54,514 nucleotides of DNA from Nanobdellati archaeon. GTDB taxonomy: Archaea > EX4484-52 > GLR71. A program made the position numbers and the translations under genes. Below, in pieces: positions 1 to 10,541 of this stretch. The notes beneath the pieces were generated by a model. That model saw nothing but the letters and a program-made list of their open reading frames with translations, searched no databases and had not been told where the DNA came from. How positions within the stretch are numbered: position 1 is the stretch's first letter; each line of letters opens with the position of its first letter. The stretch lies in contig JAHYJO010000008.1 of NCBI GenBank assembly GCA_019429125.1, positions 1 through 54,514 of the forward strand, written 5' to 3'.

Positions 1-208
1 AGCTGCATTCGTATCATATCAATTGTTGTGTTTATGTGCTCTTCAAAATGATATGAATCCAAATCAATTTGAATTTATACAATAAAAATAGTTTTTAATC
101 CCTAAAACGGGTTTTTGCCTAGCTTGTACTATGTTTTAAGTTCTAGATTCCATTGATTTTTATCAAAATAGTAATATATTTAATAAATAATTATGTGATA
201 AAATTGAT

Positions 209-303
209 TTTTTGATGAATTTGTTAATATTTTTGAAAATTTAATCCATTTAAAAAAATAGTATCCAGTTAAGGATTGAAAAATTGAGCTTAACTGGATG
301 AGC
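209..303. repeat. Dispersed repeat family A (probable IS/MITE end) with internal inverted repeat ATCCAGTTAA...TTAACTGGAT
   Basis: Reverse complement aligns over ~90 bp with 26831-26921; degenerate core also at ~11123-11160. Confidence 0.7.
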
Positions 304-351
304 TCAAATACCTAGAACAAACAATATAAATACAAAAACATAATATAGTTC

Positions 352-1182
352 ATGGCACGCGAACCTGTGGCTATTGGTTTTTATCCAGGAGATGCAAAAC
401 TCTTAAACCTTATGCTGGACAAACTATTTAAAAATACAGAAAAGACAGTCAAACAAAAAGTGACAGGACTGATTGCGCCTCACGCAGGATACTTGTACAG
501 CGGAAAGACCGCAGCAAAAACATATTCTCAGATTGAAAAAGAATACGACACAGTGATTCTCTTAGGTCCAGACCATACAGGCCTGGCAGAGACAGTATCT
601 ATCAGTACAGAAACCTGGATAACGCCTTTGGGTGAAATAGAGATAGACACTGCTCTTGCAGAAAAAATCATAAATAAATCAGACATAATAATTGAAGACA
701 ACACTGCCCAAACGTACGAGCACTCAATCGAAGTCCAACTACCATTTCTTCAATATAAACTAAAAAATCTAAAAATAATACCTATAATCATACCTACAAA
801 TAATACAGACCTTAACACACTCCAAAATGTAGCAGATACAATATCACAAGCGACAAAAGATAAAAACGTACTTTTCATCGCAAGCTCAGATTTCACTCAC
901 CTAGGCAAAGGCTACAATTTCGTTCCTGTTGAAAAAAACGAACTTGAATGGATAAGACATACAGACAAAGAAATAATCAAAAACATAACAGAACTTGACG
1001 AAATGCAGACATTAAACAAAGCTAAAAAGACAACCGTATGCGGTTCCATACCAATAGCATTACTTATAATGATAATGAAAAACAAAAATATTGAAAAAGG
1101 GGTCATAATTGATTACTCAACAAGCTATGATATCTCAAAAAACAAAAACGCAATTGTGAGCTATGGTGGAATCGTATTCTAA
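352..1182 (+). CDS. MEMO1 family protein (AmmeMemoRadiSam system protein B)
   Basis: REPVAIGFYP, PHAGYLYSG, GPDHTG, EHSIEVQLPF, SSDFTH, TVCG, VSYG motifs. Confidence 0.92.
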   Translation: MAREPVAIGFYPGDAKLLNLMLDKLFKNTEKTVKQKVTGLIAPHAGYLYSGKTAAKTYSQIEKEYDTVILLGPDHTGLAETVSISTETWITPLGEIEIDTALAEKIINKSDIIIEDNTAQTYEHSIEVQLPFLQYKLKNLKIIPIIIPTNNTDLNTLQNVADTISQATKDKNVLFIASSDFTHLGKGYNFVPVEKNELEWIRHTDKEIIKNITELDEMQTLNKAKKTTVCGSIPIALLIMIMKNKNIEKGVIIDYSTSYDISKNKNAIVSYGGIVF

Positions 1183-1193
1183 AGGTATTAAAT

Positions 1194-1571
1194 ATGAACA
1201 AGATACAAATGATAAACAAAGATTATATATATGCTCTTGTGGGCGCTTCAGCAGACCAAAACAAATATGGATTCAAAATTCTCAAAAACATGACTGATGC
1301 AGGATTCAAGATAACTCCCGTAAATCCAAAAAGTCAAGATATTCTAAATCTGAAAACATACAAATCAATTACAGATATCAAAGAAAAGATAGATGTTGTA
1401 ATCTTTGTTGTACCTCCAAACATTACAGAAAATATCCTAAAACAAGTACACACAACCAAAATTAATAATGTATGGTTCCAACCAGGAAGCGAAAATGAAA
1501 CCACATTAAAATATTGCAAAAAAAATAAGATAAATTATGTCAACAATCTTTGCATCATGGTTGAGAAATAA
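1194..1571 (+). CDS. CoA-binding protein (YccU-like)
   Basis: ALVGAS, PVNP, WFQPG, NLCI motifs. Confidence 0.9.
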   Translation: MNKIQMINKDYIYALVGASADQNKYGFKILKNMTDAGFKITPVNPKSQDILNLKTYKSITDIKEKIDVVIFVVPPNITENILKQVHTTKINNVWFQPGSENETTLKYCKKNKINYVNNLCIMVEK

Positions 1572-1583
1572 AATACAAAAATC

Positions 1584-2270
1584 TCATTCACCCAAACTAA
1601 TTAAAGTACCTTTATATTCTCCAAGAACAGCCTGCAGAATCTCGTTTGGATTGGTCCCATCAATAACTAATAAATCAATATTCTCATCCTGCAATATATC
1701 AATCCCTGCAAGGTCAAACAATCCATATTTACCCGGTGCCTGCTCATTTTTAGAAATAATCTTCCTAAATTGATCAAAAGTAAGATTTTCAAATTTATTA
1801 GCATTGACATTCAATCGAGGATCAGAATCATAGACGCCAGAAACATCTGTCGCATTTATGACAATGTCAGCACCTATTGCCCGCGCAAGCTTTGCAGATA
1901 CACCATCTGTTGACTGCCCAGGAGCAATACCACCACAGACCACCACCTTATCACAATTATTAAATTGTTCAACAATATCGTCATAACTAATATTTATCTT
2001 AGTTTCAGCATAGTCACCTAAAGCCGACGCAAAAAGAGCAGCATTAGCCCATGTCAACTTTATAGCGACATAATCCTTATCAAAATCCGATGCATTAAAA
2101 CCATCTGCAACGTTAATATAATCTCTCGCAATCTTACCACCGCCGACAACAACTATTAGCTTATGGCCTTTATCAGAAATTGCTTTTATGACTTCTGCAT
2201 ACCTGACAAAATTATCAGAAGAAAAAATACCAGTCAGAAGTGATCCACCAAGTGAAAGCACAATTCTCAT
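1584..2270 (-). CDS. pyrH: UMP kinase, archaeal type
   Basis: LSLGGS, VVGGGKIARDY, PGQSTD, DVSGVYDSDP, GTLI. Confidence 0.93.
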   Translation of the reverse strand: MRIVLSLGGSLLTGIFSSDNFVRYAEVIKAISDKGHKLIVVVGGGKIARDYINVADGFNASDFDKDYVAIKLTWANAALFASALGDYAETKINISYDDIVEQFNNCDKVVVCGGIAPGQSTDGVSAKLARAIGADIVINATDVSGVYDSDPRLNVNANKFENLTFDQFRKIISKNEQAPGKYGLFDLAGIDILQDENIDLLVIDGTNPNEILQAVLGEYKGTLISLGE

Positions 2271-2356
2271 AAACTAACAATTATATCCTTACATTTAAAT
2301 AGCTTCAAACTTTGCAGATGTTAACTATAAAAGACTACACAAACAAATATATCCCT

Positions 2357-3199
2357 ATGAAAATCTTATGCATCTCAGACTTTCACGGAAAGTTTCCAAA
2401 CAAACTATATTCTTTTGCAAAAGAAGAAAAACCAGACCTAGTTCTTGTAGCCGGAGACTTATCTGAATCAGACGCATTTAGAGACCTCCAGTTCAAAAAT
2501 TGGAACAAACTAAAATCAGGTGAAACAATAGAGACTATCATAGGAAAAAGAAAATTCAAGCAACTCTTACAATCCTCCGCTGAAAGCGTAACAAACATAT
2601 TCACGAAACTTGAAAAATTAGATGTGCCAGTAATAATAATTATAGGCAACGCAGACCACACCACCCAATCACTTTCAACATACGGTCTTGAAAAGTCAGG
2701 AATTGATCACCTAGCACTTAATTTTGAAAACATAATATTAGTAGACCGAACATTCATAGAAATAGACAATCTAGCAATAGTAGCCCACGGCGGATATAGA
2801 GGCGTTAAATCACGAAAAAGCCACAAAGAAGGAGACTCATTAAAATACGCAACACACAAGACACAATACAAAAAAGACCTTAAAAGCCTGTTCAAGAACA
2901 TGAAAGATAAAACACAAACAATATTTCTAACACACGACGTACCATTCAATACTGAAATGGACCTTGTCAATTTAGAGACCTCGCCAATGAACGGAAAACA
3001 CGTAGGCGATGATGTATATCGCGCATCAATCGAAAAATACAAACCGGCTATAAACATCTGCGGGCACATGCACGAGAACCAGGGCAAAGAAATAATAAAA
3101 GACACAATTGTCGCAAACTGCGGTTACGGTCACGACGGCGAATGTTGCATAGTCAATATGAAAGACAAAAAGACCTCAGTCAAGTTCTATAAGTTGTGA
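2357..3199 (+). CDS. Calcineurin-like metallophosphoesterase
   Basis: SDFHG, AGD, GNAD, THDVP, GHMHE motifs; start set at MKIL ATG. Confidence 0.88.
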   Translation: MKILCISDFHGKFPNKLYSFAKEEKPDLVLVAGDLSESDAFRDLQFKNWNKLKSGETIETIIGKRKFKQLLQSSAESVTNIFTKLEKLDVPVIIIIGNADHTTQSLSTYGLEKSGIDHLALNFENIILVDRTFIEIDNLAIVAHGGYRGVKSRKSHKEGDSLKYATHKTQYKKDLKSLFKNMKDKTQTIFLTHDVPFNTEMDLVNLETSPMNGKHVGDDVYRASIEKYKPAINICGHMHENQGKEIIKDTIVANCGYGHDGECCIVNMKDKKTSVKFYKL

Positions 3200-3203
3200 A
3201 AAT

Positions 3204-4415
3204 TCAAGCCCCAACAATCTTATAAACAACATCATTATCTCTCACTCGTTCCTTAACCTTAAGCCCGATAAGAGTCCCTTTCTTTGCGCCACCAACACAA
3301 ACATCATCAACAAAAATAGACTCCACGTCCTGCCTAAAATATGTAGTCTTGCCGACAATCATCAGCTTATCACTGACTTTAAGACCTGAATTGTTAAGAG
3401 CTACAACCGCAACCCCCGGTTTAAGATAATAATGCTTGACCACACCTACAGCTTTTCTTTTTTCTTTAGCCATATTGTCACTGTAATCATAATTGAATCC
3501 GTCCCGAGTAGGCGTTGCAAAATAAAAACCTGTCGAGAACCCGCGATTATATACGTCAGCCAATTCTTTCTTCCAAACCGAAACTTTATCTTTATCAAAA
3601 TCCCCAGAAACACAGGCATCAATCGCCTCGCGATAACAACGAGATACAGTCTCAATATACTTCTCGTCACGAAGCCTACCCTCAATCTTAAAAGAATCAA
3701 TACCTGCCTTAATCAATTCAGGCACATAATCAATCATGCACATATCTTTTGCACTCATAAGATACTTGCCGTCACAGACAATCTCATTTTTTTCATCATC
3801 AACAAGCGTCCATCCTTTCCTACACGGTTGCGCACATGTCCCGCAATTGGCCGACATGCCGTAAAGATAAGATGACAGATAACATCGCCCCGACACAGAG
3901 ACACACATCGCCCCATGCACAAAAGTCTCAACCTCGACATCAACCTTTTTCTTAATCTCGGCAATGTATTTAAGATTCATCTCACGGGCAAGTATAACCC
4001 GTTCAGCGCCCAAACTCTTATAGAATTCAACAGTCTTCCAGTTAGAGATGTTAGCCTGCGTAGAGACATGAAAAGATACCTCGTTCTCTTTACAAATAGC
4101 AATAACCGCAAGATCCCAGGTAATGATAGCATCAACTTGCGCATCCTTAGCTTTTTTAATCACATCTTCAGCAACTTTAATGTCATGGTTATAGATTATC
4201 GCATTTACAGTCAAGTATGCCTTAAGCCCTGCTTTATGCACAGAAGAAACAATACTTTTAATGTTGCGTAAAGTTATGTCTTTATTCCTTGAGCGCATAT
4301 TCAATTTGCCACAAGAAAAATAAACAGCATCCGCATATTTTGCGCAGGCCTTAAGCCCTGCAAGATTCTTGATAGGAACTAAAAGTTCTGGTTTGCGAAT
4401 ATTTTTAATAGACAT
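3204..4415 (-). CDS. U32 family protein (TrhP/RlhA-like, Fe-S dependent RNA hydroxylation family)
   Basis: KPELL, STQAN, LARE, ETFVHGAMCVSVSGRC, CAQPCR, KIEGR. Confidence 0.9.
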   Translation of the reverse strand: MSIKNIRKPELLVPIKNLAGLKACAKYADAVYFSCGKLNMRSRNKDITLRNIKSIVSSVHKAGLKAYLTVNAIIYNHDIKVAEDVIKKAKDAQVDAIITWDLAVIAICKENEVSFHVSTQANISNWKTVEFYKSLGAERVILAREMNLKYIAEIKKKVDVEVETFVHGAMCVSVSGRCYLSSYLYGMSANCGTCAQPCRKGWTLVDDEKNEIVCDGKYLMSAKDMCMIDYVPELIKAGIDSFKIEGRLRDEKYIETVSRCYREAIDACVSGDFDKDKVSVWKKELADVYNRGFSTGFYFATPTRDGFNYDYSDNMAKEKRKAVGVVKHYYLKPGVAVVALNNSGLKVSDKLMIVGKTTYFRQDVESIFVDDVCVGGAKKGTLIGLKVKERVRDNDVVYKIVGA

Positions 4416-4469
4416 AATTCATATTTCACGCATAACTTTAAGAAATTAAACATCTTTAAGACACATAAT

Positions 4470-5594
4470 ATGGAAACTATCACAGAAGGCAAGATAACCA
4501 TAGAAATACCAAAAGGAAACATAAGAAAGAAAGACCCAGTCTTCTACAACCCGGAAATGAAACTAAACAGAGACATATCAATTCTTGCAGTAAAAATCTT
4601 CAAAGACATGGCAAAAAGAAAGATTACAGTAGCCGACGCCCTATCCTCCTCAGGAATAAGAACATTACGCATTGCAAAAGAGTGCGCAAACATAGAAAAG
4701 GTCATGATAAATGACATGAACCCGACAGCAATCGCACTTGCCAAAAAGACAGCCAAAGACAACGACATCAACAATGCAGAATTCTCAATTGAAGACGCAA
4801 ACGTATTTCTCTCAAAAAACAAAAACCACCTTGATTACATAGACATTGACCCTTTCGGATCACCCATATACTTTCTTGACTCCTGTGCAAGAGCAGCATC
4901 AGGAAAATCACTAATTGGTGTAACTGCAACAGACACCGCACCACTGTCTGGCACATACCCAAAGACATGCATAAGACGATACGGCGCAGTGCCATTACGA
5001 GAAGATATCAAACACGAAATTGGACTCCGGATACTTATAGCAAGCATAGTGCGCGCATTCTCAAGACACAACAAATCATTTGTACCTTTAATCACATACT
5101 CAAAGATACATTATTTCAGAATTATGGGTATATCAACATCAAGCACAAGCCTGGCAGGAAAATCAGCAGAAACAGTAGGATATGCGCATTACTGCAAAAA
5201 CTGTGGCAACAGAATGTTGTCAAAAGATATAGAAGATAAAACTTGCGCAATCTGCAACAAAGACTTAACAATAGCCGGACCTTTATGGACAGGTCCGATA
5301 AATTCACCCTTATTCATAAACAAAATGATAAAAGAAAACGACTTTGACGATAAAAAATTAACCGAATTCCTAGAGCTTCTTAAAAAAGAATCACACATAA
5401 CACAGCCTTTCTACGACCTGCACCAGATTTGCAAGAAAAACCATCTTGAAATCCCAAAAAGAGAAAAACTGTTTGAAGAATTGAAAAATCAAGGTTACAA
5501 GGCAGAAAAAACACATCACGAACCGACTGGGTTCAAAAGTGATGTGGAATATGAAAAATTATTAGAAATCATTAAAAAAAGATTAAAAAAATAA
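4470..5594 (+). CDS. trm1: tRNA (guanine-26-N2)-dimethyltransferase
   Basis: VFYNPEMKLNRD, SGIR, DIDPFGSP, TATD, E.GLRIL, CxxC..CxxC, GPLWTG. Confidence 0.95.
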   Translation: METITEGKITIEIPKGNIRKKDPVFYNPEMKLNRDISILAVKIFKDMAKRKITVADALSSSGIRTLRIAKECANIEKVMINDMNPTAIALAKKTAKDNDINNAEFSIEDANVFLSKNKNHLDYIDIDPFGSPIYFLDSCARAASGKSLIGVTATDTAPLSGTYPKTCIRRYGAVPLREDIKHEIGLRILIASIVRAFSRHNKSFVPLITYSKIHYFRIMGISTSSTSLAGKSAETVGYAHYCKNCGNRMLSKDIEDKTCAICNKDLTIAGPLWTGPINSPLFINKMIKENDFDDKKLTEFLELLKKESHITQPFYDLHQICKKNHLEIPKREKLFEELKNQGYKAEKTHHEPTGFKSDVEYEKLLEIIKKRLKK

Positions 5595-5598
5595 AAAC

Positions 5599-5727
5599 CT
5601 ATTTCTTCCAAATCTTATCAATTGTCCCTTCATTAAGCCTTTTAATGATGTGTTTTATCTTATCATCTTCAACCTTACTGGAAAGAGCTTCAATATCTCT
5701 CTTGATAATATCAAAAATATCAGTCAT
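5599..5727 (-). CDS. Small hypothetical protein (42 aa, MTDIFDIIKRDIEALSSKVEDDKIKHIIKRLNEGTIDKIWKK)
   Basis: Hand-translated ORF 14 bp downstream of the 69-aa ORF, preceded by a GTGA-containing SD-like tract. Confidence 0.5.
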   Translation of the reverse strand: MTDIFDIIKRDIEALSSKVEDDKIKHIIKRLNEGTIDKIWKK

Positions 5728-5741
5728 AATAATCACAAACC

Positions 5742-5951
5742 TCAAGCAGCGTATTTACCATTATTTGTACTTTTGACTTTCTCAAAAATACTCTGGTTCA
5801 AATACTTTTTCTGCGCATGCATCTTAGCATAGCTAAAACTAGGATCATGAAAACGCATAATCTTTTCAAGCCTTTTAAGTTCCCTAAAGTTACCCGCTTC
5901 TCGAGCAATCCTGAGCATTGTCTTAATCTGAATTTCATCCATAATTATCAA
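5742..5951 (-). CDS. Small hypothetical protein (69 aa)
   Basis: ORF with upstream minus-strand TATA-like tracts; divergent from uvrC. Confidence 0.55.
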   Translation of the reverse strand: MIIMDEIQIKTMLRIAREAGNFRELKRLEKIMRFHDPSFSYAKMHAQKKYLNQSIFEKVKSTNNGKYAA

Positions 5952-6082
5952 TCCGTTAAGTTACTCTTTTAAAGTAACTACAAGTATATAGTACTTCAGA
6001 GTTTATAAAGTTTTCGCGTTTTAACACACATTAGTGACAAAATACACAAATTAATCATAATTTATAACTTTTACAACACATA

Positions 6083-7699
6083 ATGATTATTATGCTCAAA
6101 GAAAAAGTAAAAAACGCGCCAAAACAACCAGGAATCTATCTGATGAAAGATAAAGACAAAAACGTAATCTACATAGGTAAAGCCAAAAACATAAGAAACA
6201 GGATAAAATCATACTTTTCAGAGACACAAAAAGACCCAAAAACCGAAAAGATGACATCCTTAATCGCAGATATAGATTTTATCATCACAAATACAGAAAA
6301 GGAAGCGCTCATCCTTGAAGCAGAACTCGTAAGAAAAAACAGACCCAAATATAACATTGAACTTAAAGACGACAAGGCCTACCCATACATCACAATTACT
6401 ACCTCAGACATTTACCCAAGAATAATCATATCACGCCGAAAACTATCAAAAGATGACATCCATTTCGGTCCATATACCAATTCAGTCATAAGCCAGATAC
6501 ATTTAATCCGTAACATATTCCGAATCAGAGACTGCAGACCAAAAACACTTCCGAAAAAGGTATGCTTAAGCTATCACATGAAACGGTGCATTGGTCCCTG
6601 TGAGAACCATACCTCACAAAAAGATTACCTAGCATCAATTGACCTTGCGATACGTTTCCTTAAAGGTGACACAAAAGATGTGATAAAAGATATTGAAAAC
6701 AATATGAAGACCACCTCCAAAAACCATGACTTTGAATCTGCAGCCATATATAGAGATCAACTAACACAATTAAGACCTCTTTCAGATAAGCAGACAATAA
6801 TTCTAAAAAATAATAACGACATAGACATAATCGGCCACCACACTGAAAAAGAAAAAATCGTCTTTAATATACTAATAATAAGAAACGGCACCTTAACCGC
6901 CAGCAGACACTACATCTTCAACAATATATCAACAGAAGAAGAAATGCTTGAAAGCTTCATCCAACAATACTATTTCAGGCACAATGAATCTATACCTAAA
7001 GAGATATTATTACCATACAAACTAAAAGAAAAAGAACTTATAGAAGAATGGTTATCCGACATAAAAGAACAAAAAGTAACAATACACACACCACAAAAAG
7101 GCGAAAAACTAAAACTGATAGAGATGTCAAACAAAAACGCAAAAGAAGCCTATATCAACAACATTGCACAAGACTTAGAGATAACAGCCAGAATAGAGAC
7201 ACTAAAAACAGAACTAAATCTAGAAACAACTCCAAAGATAATAGAAGGTTTTGACATATCAACAATAGGCGGCAACTATTCAGTCGGGTCCATGGTCCAG
7301 TTCAAAGACGGAAAACCAAACAAGAAAAACTACAGGCGCTTCAAGATTAAGACCATTGAAGGGATTGACGATTTCGCCATGATGCGCGAAGTAATAGAGC
7401 GCAGATACAAGCGCATAAAAGACGAAAACACGCCCATGCCAGACTTAATCCTTGTTGACGGTGGCAAAGGTCAGTTGAACATCACCCTTAAAGTCTTCAA
7501 AGAATTAGATATAAGAAACCAGCCAATAATATCACTTGCAAAGCGCGAGGAAGAGATCTACCTGCCGAACAGGTCAAACCCGATAGTCCTTGAAAAAGAC
7601 TCAAAAGCGCTCCTTCTGTTAAGACACATAAGAGATGAATCCCACAGATTTGCAATTGGATACCATAAATTGTTGAGAAATAAAGATTTTGTGAAATGA
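6083..7699 (+). CDS. uvrC: Excinuclease ABC subunit C (lacks C-terminal HhH2 domain)
   Basis: GIY-YIG (PGIYLM..IYIGKA), Cys cluster, UVR FESAAIYRD, FDIST, DGGKGQ, RDESHRFA. Confidence 0.95.
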   Translation: MIIMLKEKVKNAPKQPGIYLMKDKDKNVIYIGKAKNIRNRIKSYFSETQKDPKTEKMTSLIADIDFIITNTEKEALILEAELVRKNRPKYNIELKDDKAYPYITITTSDIYPRIIISRRKLSKDDIHFGPYTNSVISQIHLIRNIFRIRDCRPKTLPKKVCLSYHMKRCIGPCENHTSQKDYLASIDLAIRFLKGDTKDVIKDIENNMKTTSKNHDFESAAIYRDQLTQLRPLSDKQTIILKNNNDIDIIGHHTEKEKIVFNILIIRNGTLTASRHYIFNNISTEEEMLESFIQQYYFRHNESIPKEILLPYKLKEKELIEEWLSDIKEQKVTIHTPQKGEKLKLIEMSNKNAKEAYINNIAQDLEITARIETLKTELNLETTPKIIEGFDISTIGGNYSVGSMVQFKDGKPNKKNYRRFKIKTIEGIDDFAMMREVIERRYKRIKDENTPMPDLILVDGGKGQLNITLKVFKELDIRNQPIISLAKREEEIYLPNRSNPIVLEKDSKALLLLRHIRDESHRFAIGYHKLLRNKDFVK

Positions 7700-7788
7700 T
7701 TATAATTTAGTGTACCAACGCACAACCAACATACCTCACATTTTATATAAATTCCCCCTCAAATAACAAACAGTATTCGGTGTTATCT

Positions 7789-9282
7789 ATGAACAGACTA
7801 AAAGTAAGCTTAGTATTCAGCTCGGACATAAGCGCATTATCCAACCTAGACAATGCAGTCAAAGATATACAAAAAGCAGTCTTAGACAAAAATAACTCAT
7901 TCAATATATCCATAGACTCAATAAAAGAAAATGAACTATTCTTAAACATAGAATCAGACGGCTTCACACACATATTCGTACCCAGAATAAAAAACCTATT
8001 AATGCCAATCATGAAAGAAAACAAAGTTGGTATAAGAAATTACAGAATCATAAATTATATTATAGAACTAGAATTAGAAAAGAAACCCAAACACGAATTC
8101 ACAATACCAATGGTCACAAAGTTTGAACTGAAAGGCAAAAAAGCCATACTTACCTTTGACGAAACTTTTGACACCACACAAATTGATACAGGCGTCATAG
8201 AACGAATAGTAACACTAGTTAAAGACAAGGTGACCGCACAATTCTATGAAGGCAAGGCAGAATACAATAAAATTCTTTGGGCTTCAAAAGAGATAAAACA
8301 TCCTTACAAAGACGACCCGACAGACGAGATGGTAAAAAGACAATGGGTCATACAAGGGCCAGGCCAGGGACAATGGTTCCACACCCCAAATTCAACTTCA
8401 TTATTTAAGGCAATGGAAAAAATAGCAGTTGAAAAAATACTTAAACCATTAGGATTCAAAGAAGTCATATCACCTAAAGTAGTACCTTTTGAAGTCTGGG
8501 AAAAGACAGGACACCTAAGCGGTTCTGAACCTGAAATGTATTTCGTGTCAATGCCAAAATCCCGAGACATAAAAGACTGGGAAGAAGTCATAGACTATTA
8601 CAAGATTACAAAGAAAGCACCCATAGACAAAATAAAAAAGATGCTAAAAGACCCAGTTGGTGGTCTCTGTTATGCACAATGCCCAACAATGTACAACGCA
8701 TTCCAAGGAAAGACAATAGCAAAAGAAAGTTTACCCGTACTCATATTCGACAGGTCAGGAGTCTCAAACCGAAATGAAGCTGGCGGAAGACACGGTATTG
8801 AACGTGTAAACGAATTCCACAGGATAGAACCAGTATTCATCGGAACTATTGAACAGGTTGAAGATATAAAAAAGAAACTAATGAACACATACAAAGACAT
8901 ATTTGAAAAAATACTTAAACTTGAATGGAGATATTCAGACGTTGTCCCATTCTACATGCAACAATCAGGCGGATTTGGCGCAGACAAACAAGACGATACA
9001 AACTGGAAAGGCACAATAGACTTTGAAGCATACCTACCTTACCGAGGCACAAGAACAAAATCAGAATGGCTTGAATTCCAAAACTTAAGTGTTGTAGGTG
9101 ACAAATACACTAAAGCATTCAACATAAAAGGTCAAGGTGTCAGTCTTTGGAGCGGATGCACAGGTATAGGTCTTGAAAGATGGGTGGCAACATTCCTTGC
9201 CCAACACGGTCTTGACAAGAAAAACTGGCCAAAAGAATTCCTTGAATTCTTCGAAGAGATAGATGAAATTAAGTTTTTGTGA
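7789..9282 (+). CDS. serS: Seryl-tRNA synthetase, methanogen (Zn-dependent) type
   Basis: GQGQW, YAQCP, RNEAGGRHGIERVNEFHRIE, DFEAYLPYRG, EWLEFQN, WSGCTGIGLERW. Confidence 0.9.
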   Translation: MNRLKVSLVFSSDISALSNLDNAVKDIQKAVLDKNNSFNISIDSIKENELFLNIESDGFTHIFVPRIKNLLMPIMKENKVGIRNYRIINYIIELELEKKPKHEFTIPMVTKFELKGKKAILTFDETFDTTQIDTGVIERIVTLVKDKVTAQFYEGKAEYNKILWASKEIKHPYKDDPTDEMVKRQWVIQGPGQGQWFHTPNSTSLFKAMEKIAVEKILKPLGFKEVISPKVVPFEVWEKTGHLSGSEPEMYFVSMPKSRDIKDWEEVIDYYKITKKAPIDKIKKMLKDPVGGLCYAQCPTMYNAFQGKTIAKESLPVLIFDRSGVSNRNEAGGRHGIERVNEFHRIEPVFIGTIEQVEDIKKKLMNTYKDIFEKILKLEWRYSDVVPFYMQQSGGFGADKQDDTNWKGTIDFEAYLPYRGTRTKSEWLEFQNLSVVGDKYTKAFNIKGQGVSLWSGCTGIGLERWVATFLAQHGLDKKNWPKEFLEFFEEIDEIKFL

Positions 9283-9288
9283 TGATAT

Positions 9289-10494
9289 ATGAGTTTTACA
9301 ATAGGTCTGGTTGGAAAACCCTCAGCAGGTAAATCCACATTTTTCAAAGCAGCAACACTGGCAGAAGTAGACATAGCTGCCTATCCATTCACCACAATAA
9401 AACCTAATATAGGCACAGGATACGTTAGAGTTCCTTGTGCAGACAAGTTCTTCAATACCCAGTGCAACCCACGTTTCGGTTTCTGTCTAGAACACACAAG
9501 ATTTGTGCCAGTAGAAATCATAGACGTTGCAGGTCTTGTCCCAGGTGCGCATGAGGGTAAAGGTCTTGGTAACCAGTTCTTGAGTGACCTGAACCAGGCA
9601 GATGTATTAATCCATGTAGTTGACGCATCAGGATCGACAAACGAGAAAGGTGAACCGATAGGCACAGGAAACCATGACCCTGCAAAAGATGTCAGATTCC
9701 TTGAAAACGAGATGGACCTATGGTATGCATCAATCCTATGGAGCAACTGGAAAAAGCTAGCCAGAAGCTCAGGCATGACAAAGCAAAGCATTGAAGAACT
9801 GATTGCAGAACAATTATCAGCCATGAAAGTTACGGAGACTATCGCATTGAAAGCAGTTGAAGAAGCTGACTTAAAGAAACAGCATCCTGAAACATGGTCT
9901 GAAAACGACATAAAACGACTTTCAACACTTTTAAGAAAAAACACAAAACCAATATTAGTAGCCTTAAATAAGATAGATATACCGACCGCAAAAGATAACA
10001 TTGATAGATTAAAGCAGGAATTTCATAACACCCTGTTTATACCTTGCTCAGCCGAATTAGAGCTGGCATTAAGAGAAGCTACCAAAAAAGAGATAATCTC
10101 ATACATACCAGGCAACAAAGACTTCAAAATTCTAAAAAAAGACATATTATCTGAAAAACAGGTGCAAGGCCTTGAATTCATACAGAAGATGCTTGACGAG
10201 AACGGAACGACCGGAGTCCAGCATATACTTGACTCAGCAGTGTTTGATTTCCTTAAATACATTGCAGTTTTCCCAGGGGGTATGAACAACCTTTCAGACA
10301 GCAAAGGAAATGTACTTCCTGACTGTTTCTTAATGCCACCAAATTCAACAGCAAAAAAGTTCGCATTTGCAATACATACAGATTTCGGTAAACATTTCCT
10401 CTATGCTATGGACGTCAAAAAGAAAATCAGAATTTCAGGAGACCACAAACTTGAACATTGTGATGTTGTCGAGATAATAAATGCTGCGAAATAA
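9289..10494 (+). CDS. ychF: Obg-family ATPase YchF, archaeal type
   Basis: GKPSAGKST, YPFTTIKPN, DVAGLVPGA, NKID, C-terminal TGS domain (IHTDFG). Confidence 0.93.
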   Translation: MSFTIGLVGKPSAGKSTFFKAATLAEVDIAAYPFTTIKPNIGTGYVRVPCADKFFNTQCNPRFGFCLEHTRFVPVEIIDVAGLVPGAHEGKGLGNQFLSDLNQADVLIHVVDASGSTNEKGEPIGTGNHDPAKDVRFLENEMDLWYASILWSNWKKLARSSGMTKQSIEELIAEQLSAMKVTETIALKAVEEADLKKQHPETWSENDIKRLSTLLRKNTKPILVALNKIDIPTAKDNIDRLKQEFHNTLFIPCSAELELALREATKKEIISYIPGNKDFKILKKDILSEKQVQGLEFIQKMLDENGTTGVQHILDSAVFDFLKYIAVFPGGMNNLSDSKGNVLPDCFLMPPNSTAKKFAFAIHTDFGKHFLYAMDVKKKIRISGDHKLEHCDVVEIINAAK

Positions 10495-10541
10495 AGACAA
10501 ATATACATAAATTTATAAATATTCACAATATACTCCCATAT

